Both the position numbers and the translations under genes were made by a program. DNA of 63,740 nucleotides, filler included, from Babesia bigemina (Eukaryota), in assembly GCF_000981445.1 (NCBI RefSeq). It is 15 parts of 15 records of this genome, joined end to end, with 100 filler letters (N's around TTAATTAATTAA, not from the genome) between each part and the next. Parts side by side here need not be neighbours in the genome. Positions count along the whole stretch, not along the records: positions 33,252 to 37,561 come from NW_012236991.1; positions 37,662 to 41,912 come from NW_012236992.1; positions 42,013 to 47,184 come from NW_012236993.1; positions 47,285 to 51,704 come from NW_012236994.1; 11 more parts are not named here. One strand, 5' to 3'. Positions within the stretch are counted from its first letter, which is position 1, and each line of letters opens with the position of its first letter. Under the pieces are notes generated by a model. The model was not told the DNA's origin. It saw nothing but the letters and a program-made list of their open reading frames with translations, and ran no database searches. Below are positions 34,927 through 49,038 of this stretch, piece after piece.

Positions 34927-37561
34927 TCACGGTTGAAGGTACGATATCTTGGCAAGCCTTCCGACTTGCGCAGCAGCCAACAATGACTGCGCCGTTATCC
35001 TGTGCGATGATGGTGATCTCAGGTGTGAGCGGATGTGGAGCACATCCAGTCTGCCAACCATGACGCAGATGAGGTAGAAGAGGGATAGTGACCAGAGCGC
35101 GAGAACCAAGTAGGTGAACGGTTCTCTGATAGTCCAAATGAATATGTCACATTCTTTGAACAGCTTAACAAAATATTCCGATTTCAACACCTTGTCCAGC
35201 TGAGAGCAGAAATCAGAACACTTCTTAGCCGATGCCTCGTTATTTAATGTCGCCGCGTTACCAAAACAGAAACCGAACTGGTACAGTGTTGCCGATACAC
35301 CCTTGCACTGAACCATCGATGGACACTTACAATGAGGCTTGTCATGTTGGTTGTCTACCTTCTCGACGAGTCCATGCTGTCCACGCTTACATTTGTCAGC
35401 ACGTAAACACCTATGACATCCCCAGTCTTGGCAGAAAATATTCTTGAACGCGTTACACAAATTGTTGAGTTGAGTCCAGAAATCCCACGGCAGGTAGACA
35501 GCCCATGTGAGGTACGTGGCAAAGTTCTTATGAACAAAGTATTGATACGTGTCCGAACACAGTGTGGATAGATAGGGAGCACAGCGCGTAACCCTGTCGG
35601 TGCAACTGTTAGTTATGCATAGGCTAGATACATCGGCATAGACTTCGAGATGATTCTGATCTTGGTGCTCATGCTGACTGCTGCCATAAGCGTCACGAAG
35701 TACATTGGTAAGCTTACTCGTGTCAGTGTAGAGCTTAATGGAGAGTTCCTCAATAGATGCTTCAATCTTAGTTTGTGATACTGGTTTTGTACCTGCATCA
35801 GTAATATAAGATGCAACTTTGACCCACTTATTAACCAAGCTTAACCCGAAACCGAAATGCTCCGGCAGCGTTTTCGGCGGAGTTGGTGACAAGCCGAACA
35901 ATGATGAAATCACGCCACTACCTAAGAATTCGCGAATCATCTCACGTAGCTGATGGCCTGTTTTGGTCGATCCAGAAAACGCCCTAAAACCCAGCGGTGT
36001 GACGCACGGCATTCCCAGCCTAGAAATGGAGGGGCAGGTGGAGCATTTGGACTTGCATCCAACAGACTCCAATCTATGTGGCAGGTAGCCGAATAGAGAG
36101 TCACTTAGGTAGTTCATCAATGGCGACGTTGGTTGACAATTTGGTTTGCACTCTGCTTGGCAATTTGGTACGCACGCTGCTTCGTCCGTTGGCTTGATGT
36201 TGCAGTGCGATTTGGTCGTAGGTACGTCCCTGCCGTAGTGGCAGTCGGCCCATCCGTAGTTCTTGTTTGCGACGCTGCATCGTTCAAACAAATACCTGAG
36301 CGGCTGCAGAATTCTGCGCAGGAAGTCAAGCAACATCTGCAAACAATCTTCGCCGGAGCTCGGGTAGTACAGATTCAGCGTGTTATTCGAATAGTCGCAA
36401 GCGTAGAATGTCGCCGCGTCGCCGTGGCCAACAACGGTGGTAAGCAAATCGTACGATTTCGAACAAAGGTATTGCAACACCGTCCGTATGCTCTTATACG
36501 TGATGGTCTGCGGGTGCGCCTCTAGGTATGACTGCTCGATGTCGAATACGCTGATCTCTCCGTCGCCAGCAAGCGGCGTATCCGGATTATCAAGCACGTT
36601 GGTGAACCCGTCTGATAGCAGCGCCTGGTACGCGGAAGTGTAAGTGAGCCCTGAGAGCCACGCCAGCATCTCGAAAACGGTACATGGCGTTCTAGGTTTG
36701 GGGAGTATAGCGATGTGACATATGGCGTTGTACTGGTCGACGTGATGCAGAATGCATTTGAGAATATCGAAAAGATTAAAAAGGACGTTAGACTTGCGTT
36801 TATTCGATTCGCACTCCTTAAGATGCTCGTTGTCTTTCGCACCTTCGACCCTAAAGCTAAGTCTGTTCGCGACGTATTCACCGTTTATGACGCTCTTGTT
36901 CTGCAGCTCCCAGTGCTGTTTGTTTTCTGCGGACACCTTAAAGCCGTGCCGTAGGAACAATCCGCCGAGATCAGAGGACGAGTGAATTTGGTGTCCCCTC
37001 AGACTATTGCAATTTATCCTCAAGTCATGCACAGCATCGTAAATTGTGGAAAAAGCGGTCAAGAATATTTTAGCGCAGCGGTGAGCGTTTTGTGTTAAAC
37101 CGGTGCTAAGGGCAGTTTCTGTCCATTGGATGGTCTCACTGTCGTACGCGGAGATGTACGCCTTGTCGAGCTCACCCACCAAACCCTGGAAACCATGGGC
37201 AATGGTTTCCAGCAGCGGAGTGTTCGGCTCAGAAAATGACTCAGGGTGGAGACCTTGAGCTTCTCCTAAGAGGATGTCGAGCATACTGGGAACACGGTAG
37301 TCGTACCTGTTGTTTTTACGAACATGGTTTAGCAAAATGTTAAGTTCGTTAGTAACGACATCTAGCTTGGATGTGTATAGTTGTCCGTCGCCAGATGGCT
37401 TGGGATTATTTCGCTCTTTGTTTGCTGCGTGAACTCTCTTGATCTCCGCTGTGACGTAGTCGTGGAGTGGCTGCCAGAAAGACTGGAACTTGTTGGCCAG
37501 CTTTTCGAAGTTTTCCTTGTAGTCAGTGGGCTTTTGGGAGAGACGGTCGACATGTCTTTCA
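34927..37561 (-). CDS. ves: ves-family C-terminal half (Cys-rich type 2, beta tail)
   Basis: 802-aa ORF whose frame continues toward the gap; PCVTPLGFRAFSGSTKTG; tail ...AQVGRLAKISYLQP. Confidence 0.85.
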
Positions 37562-37661
37562 NNNNNNNNNNNNNNNNNNNNNNNNNNNNNNNNNNNNNNN
37601 NNNNNTTAATTAATTAANNNNNNNNNNNNNNNNNNNNNNNNNNNNNNNNNNNNNNNNNNNN

Positions 37662-38132
37662 CCACTCTACATCGCCCCTTTACCCACTCCACATCGCCCC
37701 TTTATCCACTCTACATCGCTCCCTTATCCACTCTACATCGCCCCTTAACCCACTCTACATCGCCCCTTTACCCACTCTACATCGCCCCTTTACCCACTCT
37801 ACATCGCCCCTTAACCCACTCTACATCGCCCCTTTATCCACTCCACATCGCTCCCTAACCCACTCTACATCGCCCCTCTATCCACTCTACATCGCCCCTT
37901 TACCCACTCTACATCGCTCCTTAACCCACTCTACATCGCTCCTTTATCCACTCCACATCGCCCCTTTACCCACTCTACATCGCTCCCTAACCCACTCTAC
38001 ATCGCCCCTTTATCCACTCTACATCGCTCCTTATCCACTCTACATCGCCCCTTTATCCACTCTACATCGCTCCCTAATCCACTCCGCATCGCTCCCTAAC
38101 CCACTCTACATCGCTCCCTAACCCACTCTACA
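37662..38132 (+). repeat. 22-bp minisatellite
   Basis: Tandem C-rich 22-mers. Confidence 0.96.
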
Positions 38133-38162
38133 ACCCTCGAATTACCTCGCCATAATACCGCT

Positions 38163-41100
38163 ATGACCTCTTTAAACCATAACCATAACTTGTGCGTTGT
38201 CACCCTTCACTTCCCCTCTTCCACCTCTTGCCACTGCCTGACCATGTGCCGCCTTGGGGGCTTGACAAGAAATTTGACAAAATTTAAATCCCTAAAAACA
38301 CCTAAAAAAATAACCCTACTAACATACTTAATAACCTTTGCTCCGGCCTCGAAACCTTCCTCGGCTTCAATCCATCTTCCAAAGGCTACGACGGCACTGG
38401 CATTGTGTACTCTGACTTGGATAGGCTGTGTGACGCGGTGACGGGATTTTTGTGTAGTATAATCACTGACGTAAAAAATGACAAAAACCTTGAGAAATAC
38501 AATGCTAATTTGAATAGCATACTTGAAATAATTAAACTCGCTAAATATAATAGAAAAACGCATTTTGATAGTAGTATTGTCGCCGTCAGTCAGGGGATTA
38601 AGGCGTGGGTGAAAGGGGTGGAGGGAAAAAATAAAGCGATAATAAAACCGTTAGAACATTTACAATTAGGAATAAAAGGCCATTTAACGGCATCAATGGA
38701 AGACAAGCCGGTTACAGAGCAATTGGAGAACTGGCAAGGCATTGCCGGTTTGTACGTTCAAGATGTTAAGAAATGCGTGAAAGCTTTGATGCACATCGAT
38801 AATAATCTTTTAAACAAATTAACGCCCAAATGTGAATTAATAAAGAAGGTTGTCGATAATTTTTGGACGTCGATGACTGACGTTGATGTGAGTGACTCCG
38901 TAGAGGAGCTTGACAGCAAATTCGATCAACAGCGCAGAGATGTTAAAAATAATATTGCTGCAAAAATTGGTGAATTCCATAGTAAGTTGAATATCAAACT
39001 TGAAGATATTCGTAAACAAATTGAACACATTAGGCAGACCAAAAACGCTCAGATAAGTGCAATTCACAGAGCCGTGTCAGAAGCTCTGCAGTTGGCTGAG
39101 ACGTTAATAGATGGCAAAACGCAGAATTATGAAAACAATTATCAGAATTATATATCTCGAAATTTTGACGAAATAAAAACTGAGGTTGAGGAGTTCACTA
39201 AGAACGATGGTGCAGGCATAAAATCGAGACTTTGGAGTGAATTCGACACCCTTCAAGGCAAACTTCGAAGCCTTAATACGGATGTTCAACATGGTTTAGA
39301 TGCGTTGAAAAAGGAAATCGAAGAGCTTGACATTGGTTCTCTCGTAAGCGATGCGTTATCAGAGCTCGAAGAGGCCAAATCTGAACTTCATGAATGCTGT
39401 ATTCGGCCGATTAAGGAGGCAGCGGAAAACTTCAGCCTTCAATATAAGAATGGATCTAAAGAGAAAATCGAGACACTGTCTACGCAGTTGAGATCTTTCA
39501 GAGAAGCTATCTACGGTGAGGGAGGAACAACCGTGGAACCTAAATCGGATTCCATCGCCAAGTTCATTGCTGACTTAATTAAGGCGATAGGTATTAGTGA
39601 TGAGGATGACGAACTCAGCGCCCTTGAACAAGCACTCATCGCATTCGAAAAAGAGGCAGAGAGACAGATCCAAGAAGTAGCGAATAAAGCGGTGGACGAT
39701 GCCGGTAGACAAATAAGTAAGAATGATACAGCGACGCCTGCTGACGTCGAGAAAAAAATGAAGCTCTTCCACGATTCCCATCAGGCATTGCAAAATGTTG
39801 TCAATGATATTAATGTGCAACTTGAAGCTTTAAAAGCAATATCACAATTCGTAGCAACACAGCAATCAAAATCGACGCAAAAGTTGATCGATTTGAAGAA
39901 GGAGATAACGGGAATAAAAGCGGCAATCGCAAATATCAATCAGCCTATTAAAGTCGCGGGAGAGACATTCAACTCCGCTGTCCAGCTGCTCACCAAATCA
40001 CTGACAAACGCTCAACGAACCGTGGACACTGATCTGCCGGTGCTTACAAACGCCTTACAAGAACGGGCGAAGGAAGCATTCGATGACCTCGAAGGTGCTT
40101 TAAAGAAGACATTTAATGCGCAGAAGAAGGCTGAACTGAAGGTGACGCAACATATTGTCGCAACATGTATTCCTGAAATCAAAAAGCTCATCGCCACTGA
40201 CTTCAGCACAGGCCTCAAAGGTCTCATGAACAGGCTTCACAGTACCTTCAATAGACATAACCTCCAAAATGTGTCCAATGTATCACTCGAAATATTCTCA
40301 AACAAAGCCAAAGAATTCTTTACTAAATTCTTTAACGACTTCAAAGACCAGCCCGACCTCTCCGACCTCTCCCCTGACCGTCTCACCCCCCTCACCGACG
40401 CCCTCTCCGCCCTCCTGTCCACAATGCACACCCAACGCCACTTCCACGCCGACGTCTCCCTGCGCCTCGCCGAACTCCAAGCCGCGCTCGCCACCCTCAC
40501 CCCCTCCGGTTTCGCCGAGGCCTCCCCGCTGCTCAACGTCGTCAGGGCCGGCGTCACCGCGTTCCACGGGGAGCTCGCGAAGCAGTACGTCAGCAGGTAC
40601 TCGGGGGAGACGTTTGGCGCTGAGCTCGTCGAAAAAGATAAATTAACGCCGTACGGAACCAAGTTAAGTAAGCTTTTCCTGAGCGTAGTTTCGACCTTAA
40701 GGTCTTCGTTGGCTTCTCTGAGACGAGGTTCCAGAAATCTTAGCGGACAACAAGCAACCGCTTTTAGTGACCTCGCAAGACTCGTCGCCGATCAAGGCTA
40801 CGATGTTTGCGACTCCACAACTGAACAAAATGGAGAAGTAAAAAGACACTTGACTGGTAAAGGAATACAAATGTACCTTGTAGGCAACGACTATAATCAT
40901 GTGTACCATACAGACAACAACGTTAGACGACCACTCGAAAATATGTACATTTACCTTAACGATTACTACAAAATCGGTCACATAGCTACTTCATCGTCAA
41001 AGAGACGCCCGTGTTCCATATACGAGATGCTCTGTTGGCTGTCTGGTCTGCCTTGCAATGACGTCTATGAGGATCTATGGCGTGACGCTGTCAGCGAGCT

Positions 41101-41912
41101 ATTCGTCGATCCTAAGAACCAGCCAACTGAGAACGGTGACATTCCCGTGACCGTTGTCAGCGAGCAACCACCCCGTCGACCACCACTAAAAATTGAGTGT
41201 AACGAAGCACAGATAGCAGTGAAGCGCCTGTGTTCCAGAGCATATGACGTGCTGACTGAGATCATCGGCTACGGCGACGCATACACAATTTATGCCGTTG
41301 ACCTCTGCAATAACTCGCTTAATCTACATTATCCAACTGATGCTGCCAGTTGCCTGGAACTATTGCTGGACATCCTACGCAGATTGTTACCAGTCTTCAG
41401 ATTTTTGCATAGCCAGTGTAAGCTTGGAACTAAGCATTTCGGTTGGTCAAATTGTCTGTACGGCAAGGATATCTTGAACGGTAAATCGCATTGTGATAAG
41501 CATCCAGATGACAAGCAAACCGACTGCCTGCCCAGATCACCGCTTCAAGCGTACCTAAGTGACACGTTAACCGGCCATCTACCTCACCACGTTACTTCAA
41601 TCGGATGCAAATCCGTATGCAGCAATTGCCCCAAGGGCCTCCCCGGACAGCCGTGTCTGACGCCCCTTGGCTTTAGGGGTTTCTCTGGGAGTACGAAGCC
41701 AGGTAAACACCTATCCAAAGTGCTAACCAATTTCTTCGACAAACTAGATGTCACACCGATATTCGGTCTAATGACCAAACCACCATCCACTTTGCCAGAA
41801 CACTTCCAGTTCGCGTTGTCGTTGTCCAATATGCTAAAGAATGACGGCTCTCGTACAAATGACGTCAAAACAGCCTTCGACACATCAGCCAGGGAAGAGT
41901 CCATCGATCTAT
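38163..41912 (+). pseudogene. ves: ves-family gene with disrupted 5' end (entry class III), truncated at the gap
   Basis: 1-bp deletion near 38237, TAA at 38285 and 38303, and MGFL changed to TGFL. After that about 1170 open codons run into Cys-rich type 2. Confidence 0.8.
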
Positions 41913-42012
41913 NNNNNNNNNNNNNNNNNNNNNNNNNNNNNNNNNNNNNNNNNNNNTTAATTAATTAANNNNNNNNNNNNNNNNNNNNNNNNNNNNNNNN
42001 NNNNNNNNNNNN

Positions 42013-43706
42013 CGTGCAGCGTGTACGACATGCTCTGCTGGCTGACTGGCCTCACTTACAGATCGTACTACCAAGACTTGTTACTTAACAGCTTTAGTGA
42101 TTTGCTCGACAAGCCGGAAAAATCGGACGACGCTTTTGCGGTAGACGGTATCGGTCTCGAAATCCAAACTGCCAAATCCTTACTGGCGTATCCCCAAACC
42201 ATCACCGCCGCGAATTTAACAGACGCCATCACAGAAGTATGCTACTACGCGGAAGATGTATTGATCACCGTACTCGGCCACGGAGATGCTGACTGCACGT
42301 ACGCCGTTGAGCATTCCAACAACTCACTCAACTTGTATTATCCGCCTCGCAGTGAGGACTGCCTTCAGATGATCATCGATGTGCTTCGAAGTATGCTGCA
42401 GCCGCTCACATTTTTGAAAAAGCAATGCGCGCTGGAAACAAAATATTACGGTTGGCAGCAGTGTACGTATGGCAGCGGGGTTCAGCCTTCCTGTTGGCAG
42501 TGCGGTGAGCACTCTTCCATCTATCCGTCGTCCAGTCACGATTGTTCAGGCACGTCGCCCCTGCAGCTGTACCTGACTGACAGTCTAGGAGGCATGTTGC
42601 CTCACAGTCTGAGTTCCATCGGTTGCAAGTCGTCATGTTCCACCTGCACCAAATCGTCACCTGGGATGCCATGTTTGACTCCCCTCGGATTCAGCCGTTT
42701 CTCGAGAGGTACGCGCACAGGTAAAGACCTAAGCAACGTGCTGACCAAATTCCTAAGTAACGACCATGTTGCGTGGCTGCTCACGCTGGTCCCCAAACCG
42801 CCATCCACATTGCCCGAACACTACGGTTTTGTCACGTCGCTTGTACTTAGCAGTGTTGTACCATTGACTCAACGGCAAGCTACACATAAATCTGTTGCTG
42901 ATGCGTTTAAAAAGTGTATCTCCGAACAGACTATCGATCTCTATAATAATCCTACTGATTTGACAAACGCGCTCGGTAACGCATATGGCTGCAGCCAGAC
43001 CGGTCATGAAGCAAAGAGCCATCTCCCTCCATATGCTGACTTGTCCAGCATTTCGATGACTAACACGTGCCCCGATCAAGATGTTCACTGCGCTCCATAC
43101 ATCGACTGCTTATCTGCCAACTGCTATAAATACATGGCCAAGCAACACGCTAACCTGTATTTTTCGTGGTCTATATATTTGCCATGGAATCTATGGAAAT
43201 GTCTCTGTTCTCTACTTGACGCATTTGGAAGCATCAACTGCAAAAGTTTCGGGTGCCCCGGATGTTCATGTACACCATCATCTCACGGCGCCAAACACAA
43301 CTGCAGTTGCAGAGCTCTTGTATGTTGCCGTGCTGTGCTGCCAACGTTCTACAGATACGGGTTCACATTTAAGGACCCTAAAATGTTGCTGGATGGTAAG
43401 AACAGAAAGCGTTGCAGTCATTTCTACACTCAACTGGAGAGTGTAGTCAAATCGACGTATTTCACCAAACTATTCGATCAGTGCGATATGATCTTGTGGA
43501 GAATCCGTGAACCATTCTCCTACCTTGTCTTGGCCCTCTGGCTCCTCTCTTTGTTGTACCTCCTCCACATCATGGTCATCCGCCTAGACCTCCTCCACAT
43601 CAAATCGCATCTACATAGTCCCTCATCACATCGCATTGCCGCTCAATCATTGTTGGCTGCTGCACGTGTTGGCAAACTGGGCAGGGTGTTTTATCTGCAA
43701 CCGTAA
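42013..43706 (+). CDS. ves: ves-family C-terminal fragment (Cys-rich type 2, alpha tail)
   Basis: YDMLCWLTGL...PCLTPLGF...TM...KLGRVFYLQP. Confidence 0.85.
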
Positions 43707-43830
43707 TCGTACTCACGTGTTTACTATCTGCACTCACCTAGCATATCACCTACTCACCTAACTTATAAATTGTGCTTTAATCTGTTGCATCACTCACTCA
43801 TCGTTGTATGCGATTGTGTAATAGTTAACT

Positions 43831-44526
43831 AAAGTGTTGACCAAGATGCTGCCCAACGTGCTGACCAAAGTGGTGACCAACGTGATGACCAATGTGCTGA
43901 CCAAAGTGGTGACCAATGTGCTGACCAAAGTGGTGACCAACGTGTTGACCAATGTGGTGACCAATGTGCTGACCAAGGTGCTGACCAATGTGCTTACCAA
44001 AGTGCTGACCAAAGTGCTGACCAATGCCATGACCAACGTGGTGACCAATGTGGTGACCAATGTGCTGCCCAAAGTGCTGACCAAGGTGGTGACCAATGCC
44101 ATGACCAACGTGCTGACCAACGTGGTGACCAACGTGGTGACCAAGTTGATAATTACGGCAGCGATGACATGGTTACGGCAGCGATGACATGGTCACGGCA
44201 GCGATGACATGGTTACGGCAGCGATGACAGTTGATGGTCACGGCAGCGATGTCTTGGTCACGGCAGCGATGACATGGTGACGGCAGCGATGACATGGTTA
44301 CGGCAGCGATGACATGGTTACGGCAGCGATGACCTGGTGACGGCAGCGATGACATGGACACGGCAGCGGTGACAGGGACACAGCATCGATGACATGGACA
44401 CGGCAGCGATGACATGGTCACGGCACCGATGACATGGTCACTGCAGCGATGACATGGACACGGCAGCGATGACAGTTGATGGTCACGGCAGCGATGACAG
44501 TTGATGGTCACGGCAGCGATGACAGT
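43831..44526 (+). repeat. 12-bp satellite (43831-44146) and 20/25-bp satellite (44150-44526)
   Basis: GTGSTGACCAAN units, then ATGGTCACGGCAGCGATGAC units. Confidence 0.95.
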
Positions 44527-44549
44527 GGTGAACTAAGTAGTGATTATTA

Positions 44550-45328
44550 CCCACTCTACATCGCTCCTTTGTCCACTCCACATCGCCCCTTATCCACTCT
44601 ACATCGCTCCTCTATCCACTCTACATCGCCCCTTATCCACTCCACATCGCCCCTTTATCCACTCTACATCGCTCCCTAACCCACTCGACATCGCCCCTTT
44701 ATCCACTCTACATCGCCCCTTAACCCACTCTACATCGCCTCTTAACCCACTCCACATCGCTCCCTAACCCACTTTACATCGCCCCTTAACCCACTCTACA
44801 TCGCCCCTTAACCCACCCTTCATCGCTCCCTAACCCACTCTACATCGCCCCTTTATCCACTCTATATCGCTCCTTAACCCACTCCACATCGCTCCCTAAC
44901 TTACTCTATATCGCTCCTTAACCCACTCCACATCGCCCCTTTATCCACTCTACATCGCTCCTTATCCACTCTACATCGCTCCTTATCCACCCTACATCGC
45001 CCCTTAACCCACTCTACATCGCCCCTTTACCCACTCTACATCGCCCCTTTATCCACTCTACATCGCTCCCTAACCCACTCTACATCGCCCCTTTACCCAC
45101 TCTACATCGCTCCCTAACCCACTCTACATCGCCTCTTAGTCCACTCTACATCGCTCCTTTATCCACTCTACATCGCCCCTTTATCCACTCCACATCGCTC
45201 CCTAATCCACTCTACATCGCTCCTTTACCCACTCTACATCGCTCCCTAACCCACTCTACATCGCTCTTTTATCCACTCTACATCGCCCCTTAAACCACTC
45301 CACATCGCTCCCTAACCCACTCTACATC
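44550..45328 (+). repeat. 22-bp minisatellite
   Basis: Tandem C-rich 22-mers. Confidence 0.96.
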
Positions 45329-45356
45329 CCTTTAATTACCTCGCCATAATACCGCT

Positions 45357-47184
45357 GTGACCTCTTTAGACCACAATAATAACTTGTGCCTTGTCACCCT
45401 TCCCTTCCCCTCTTCCACCTCTTGCCACTGCCCTGACCATGTGCCGCCTAGTGAGCTTGACAAGAAATTTGACAAAATTTAAAACCTTAAAAATACCTCA
45501 AATAACAACCCTACTATCATCCTTACTAACCTCTGCACTGGCCTCGAAACCTTCCTCGGCTTCAACAAAGACTCCAAAGGCTACGACGGCACTGGGATTG
45601 TGTACTCTGACCTTGACAGGCTGTGTGACGGGGTGATGGGATTTTTGAGTGGTGTGCTTGGTGCGGTGAAAAACGAAAATGAAGTGACAACTTATGATAA
45701 TTACATTGAAAAGAAGCTTAATGAAGTACTAGATGAGGTAAATAATAATATTGGCTCCGGGCGTGATGGGCTTGTGGAGGCTGTCGGCGCGGTGAAGGGG
45801 TGGTTGGAGGGGTATGATAAGAAATTACAAGAAAAAACTAATAATGTTACTAAGCACTTAGATACACTTAGCAAAAACATTGAAACTAATATTAATGATG
45901 TTAATAGCTTTATTTCATATAATGTATTCCAGCAACGTGATGCGTGCAGATTGATGGCGACGAAAATGGCCGCCGATGTCAATCAGAGTAAAGAGGCGTT
46001 AAAACAGTTAGACAACAACGCACAAAACATGTTAACGCCGCCGTTAAATTCAATTCATCAAGCCGTTGATGCTTTCACTAAATCAGCCGAAAATAATGAC
46101 TTGCAGGTGTTGAACACGACAGTGAGAGAGCAACTTGCCAATTTGAAAACGCTGCTCGAAGGTGAAGTCGCGGCGCGTGTGAACGAGATGGCGACGAATA
46201 TAGATAATGCTTTTGAAAAGAAAATCCATGGTCCACTGAAGCAAATTAATAGCGAATTGGGACGAGTGAAAGTTGCGTTGGAGGGATGGATATCCAAGGC
46301 CAAGAAGGTTGTTAAAGCCGCTATGAATAAGTGTAATGAAATTATTAAGAAACTGGATGGTACAACTGGAACGGATGATCCAGAGAAAAGAAAAGCGGTA
46401 GAAATCGCAGCCGAAGCTTTAAGAGCAAAGGCACAAAAACTTTTCGATGCTGCGGACAGCGTTAAGAACGAAATCGGCTCATGGGTTGGCAACGCGACGG
46501 GAAAAGTTGGCGACCTTGATTTGGCATTGCGGAAGGATCTATATGACATTAAAAATTCAATTAAGGAATCAATGTGGGATTATATTACTGTCGACATTCT
46601 GCCGCAATTTAATGTAGTTAAGGATAAGGTAGGAGAAAATGAAACGCGTAAAACAAAGGATGCAGGTAATATAAATCATAATTGGGAGGAGTTGAAAAAG
46701 AAAATTACGGAGTATAGTAATGATATATATAAACATGAAATGAATGGTGTATCAGGTCATATTGCAAGAATTATTACCAATATGGGTACGTACGCTGGTA
46801 AGTTCACTGAAGAGGGATTTAAGGCAACTGTAAAGGAATGGATTATAAATATTGTGAACGACGAAAATGAATACGTGAATGATAAGCTACAAAAATATTT
46901 GGAGAACAACTATGGTCAGGTGAGTCATACTTATAAAAATGCCGACGGCACCAATGATATAACTGATACATTCAGAAACCTGATTGCACAGGTGATTGTA
47001 CAAAAGCTTCAAAACGAAGTAATTAAGGATATAGATCGAATGGTCACACCTTTACTTGAAGCTGCCGATGACAAGATTAATCAGTACCTCCAAGCTGTTC
47101 AAATGGGTTGTGATCAATTAGCCGGCGGACTCGAGGGTGTGATTGAAGCTAAAAGAGTTGCTCAGATGAGTTACGATGATGTAG
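45357..47184 (+). pseudogene. ves: ves-family N-terminal fragment with in-frame stop (entry class III)
   Basis: Leader start is GTG (45357), in-frame TAA at 45480, then open through GIVYSDLDRLCDGVMGFLSGVL to the gap. Confidence 0.78.
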
Positions 47185-47592
47185 NNNNNNNNNNNNNNNN
47201 NNNNNNNNNNNNNNNNNNNNNNNNNNNNTTAATTAATTAANNNNNNNNNNNNNNNNNNNNNNNNNNNNNNNNNNNNNNNNNNNNTTGTTTTTTTGTGTTT
47301 ATGCCTCACACGCGCACGATGATCTCTACAACACCATCACACGTCAGACAGAAGGTCGAGAACCTGTGGATTTCTAGTCTTCCTTTATCTTAACCAAAAA
47401 ACGCAGTACATACAAACATACACACACATTTAACCAAAATATCGATGGAATTATAATAGATGAAACCAATAATAGCAAGAAGGCTGCTGTAGACCTTGCT
47501 ATCCAGTGTCTCTGTTGTCAATGAGCAAAAGTTTAATATTTGTAACAGATGCACTTATGTAGACAGATATTATGAGTTATGTTGTATAACAA

Positions 47593-48339
47593 ATGGCCTC
47601 AAATATTCTTGTAACTAAGTCTTTCGATCCAGCTCGGAGTCACCCTTTCCTGTCGAACAAGTTCAAAAGAAGGGACCCAAATGTGCATTTCTATTTACCG
47701 ATAGAGTGTCCGTTGCTTAAGAACTGCACGGAGGGTTCGTGTCCTCTGGCGCATACGAAGCTTGAGGTTATTTTCCATCCCATTGTCTATAAGACCCGTA
47801 AATGCAAGATGATATCGATGGGAGCTTGTAGCTTCCCTCAAAAGTGTACCTTCTACAACAACGACTCTGAGAAGATGGCTGCTCAGCTGTTGTGGATTGC
47901 GTGGGAAAGGACATGGGATCTGTGGCGCGTCAACATTGAAGCCGTACTCAGTAGCCACAACAAGCTCAATAGCAATATCGCGAAAAACTTGTCAATTATT
48001 AAAAACTACAGGGGTAACGTAAAGCAATTCTTGAAGACCATTAATGGTACGAATAATGGAAGACATCTCCTTGATGGCAGATTGGATTCCATCCTGCGTT
48101 CACAATTTTCCATGCCGGCGCCGAACGCGGGCACTGATGAGCCTCGGAGCTACTCGCTGCCGTTAGCTACGTCAAATAACTTGTCTTTTAAGTTCAACGG
48201 AGTGGGTGAATGTTTAAAATTCAGTGACCTTTTGGACTTATCTCCAAGCAGTATCCGAAATTTTGATGCCTCGGACTCTGATTCGTATGCATCGCTAATT
48301 ATGAATTCCTTGAGGAATGTGTCTCAGAAAACGATATAA
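47593..48339 (+). CDS. CCCH (C3H1, Unkempt-like) zinc-finger protein, copy 1
   Basis: KRRDP..HFYLPIECPLLKNCTEGSCPLAHTKLEVIFHPIVYKTRKC...C....C.F resembles Unkempt-type tandem CCCH fingers. Upstream exons are possible. Confidence 0.72.
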   Translation: MASNILVTKSFDPARSHPFLSNKFKRRDPNVHFYLPIECPLLKNCTEGSCPLAHTKLEVIFHPIVYKTRKCKMISMGACSFPQKCTFYNNDSEKMAAQLLWIAWERTWDLWRVNIEAVLSSHNKLNSNIAKNLSIIKNYRGNVKQFLKTINGTNNGRHLLDGRLDSILRSQFSMPAPNAGTDEPRSYSLPLATSNNLSFKFNGVGECLKFSDLLDLSPSSIRNFDASDSDSYASLIMNSLRNVSQKTI

Positions 48340-49038
48340 AGTCGAATGTGTAAAGTGGATTTGTTGTTGACACACCGTCGTATCTAGTTTTGCAAAATGA
48401 TATAAAATGGAATCTCATTAATTCTGTGTGATGTTGTCTAGCACCGGATGATTGCACGCCCGGCATGGATCCTGTCTACCGCCATCTGTCGTGCGTCTGT
48501 CGTGCGGATTGTTTTCTTTAAGGGGTTGTATGCGTTAAAACTTATGTAGTTGTGCGATAAGAAAGATTGTTCGCTGTTTCGGTTTATTGTCCGTCTGCGT
48601 GTGTGGCGCCCGCCTCAAAGGAGATGACGTCTGCAGCGGTTTTGTATATACTCAGCATGTTACTTTGCGAGGAGTAATTGCAGTGTGTAAGTTGCATCAT
48701 TGTCTAGGCGTCGGATGTTCGATGCGGCCGTGTTGGGTCTTGTGGGATGTCGACTGTGCTGAAAGGCATTTGGAAGTAACTCGTAAACTCTTCGTCAATC
48801 ACGTTTCGAAGTATCCGCTTGTTATGATTCGTCATGCGTTAATCTAGTACCCTATTTAACAATGGTACGGTCGGTATGACCTCATACTCCACGATAAGCA
48901 AACGTACACTTCCCAGCTGAATAATATCTGCCAGTTCACAGCGTGGCACGTATCACCACTCATTGATGCTATTGTATTATTGTTGGGTATTGTTGTGTTG
49001 TTATGTGGAGCTAGTTTCATGCGTTGAGCTCATAAGTC

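Noticed and set aside
38405..43706. One gene across the gap at 41913-42012
   Set aside because: Both sides encode the same Cys-rich region with different sequence, so they are separate paralogs.
43794..44767. ORFs over satellites (LTKV, VTAAMT, YIAP repeats; also 3088, 9275, 17900, 23564, 33458, 57058)
   Set aside because: By-products of tandem repeats; frames are not preserved between copies.
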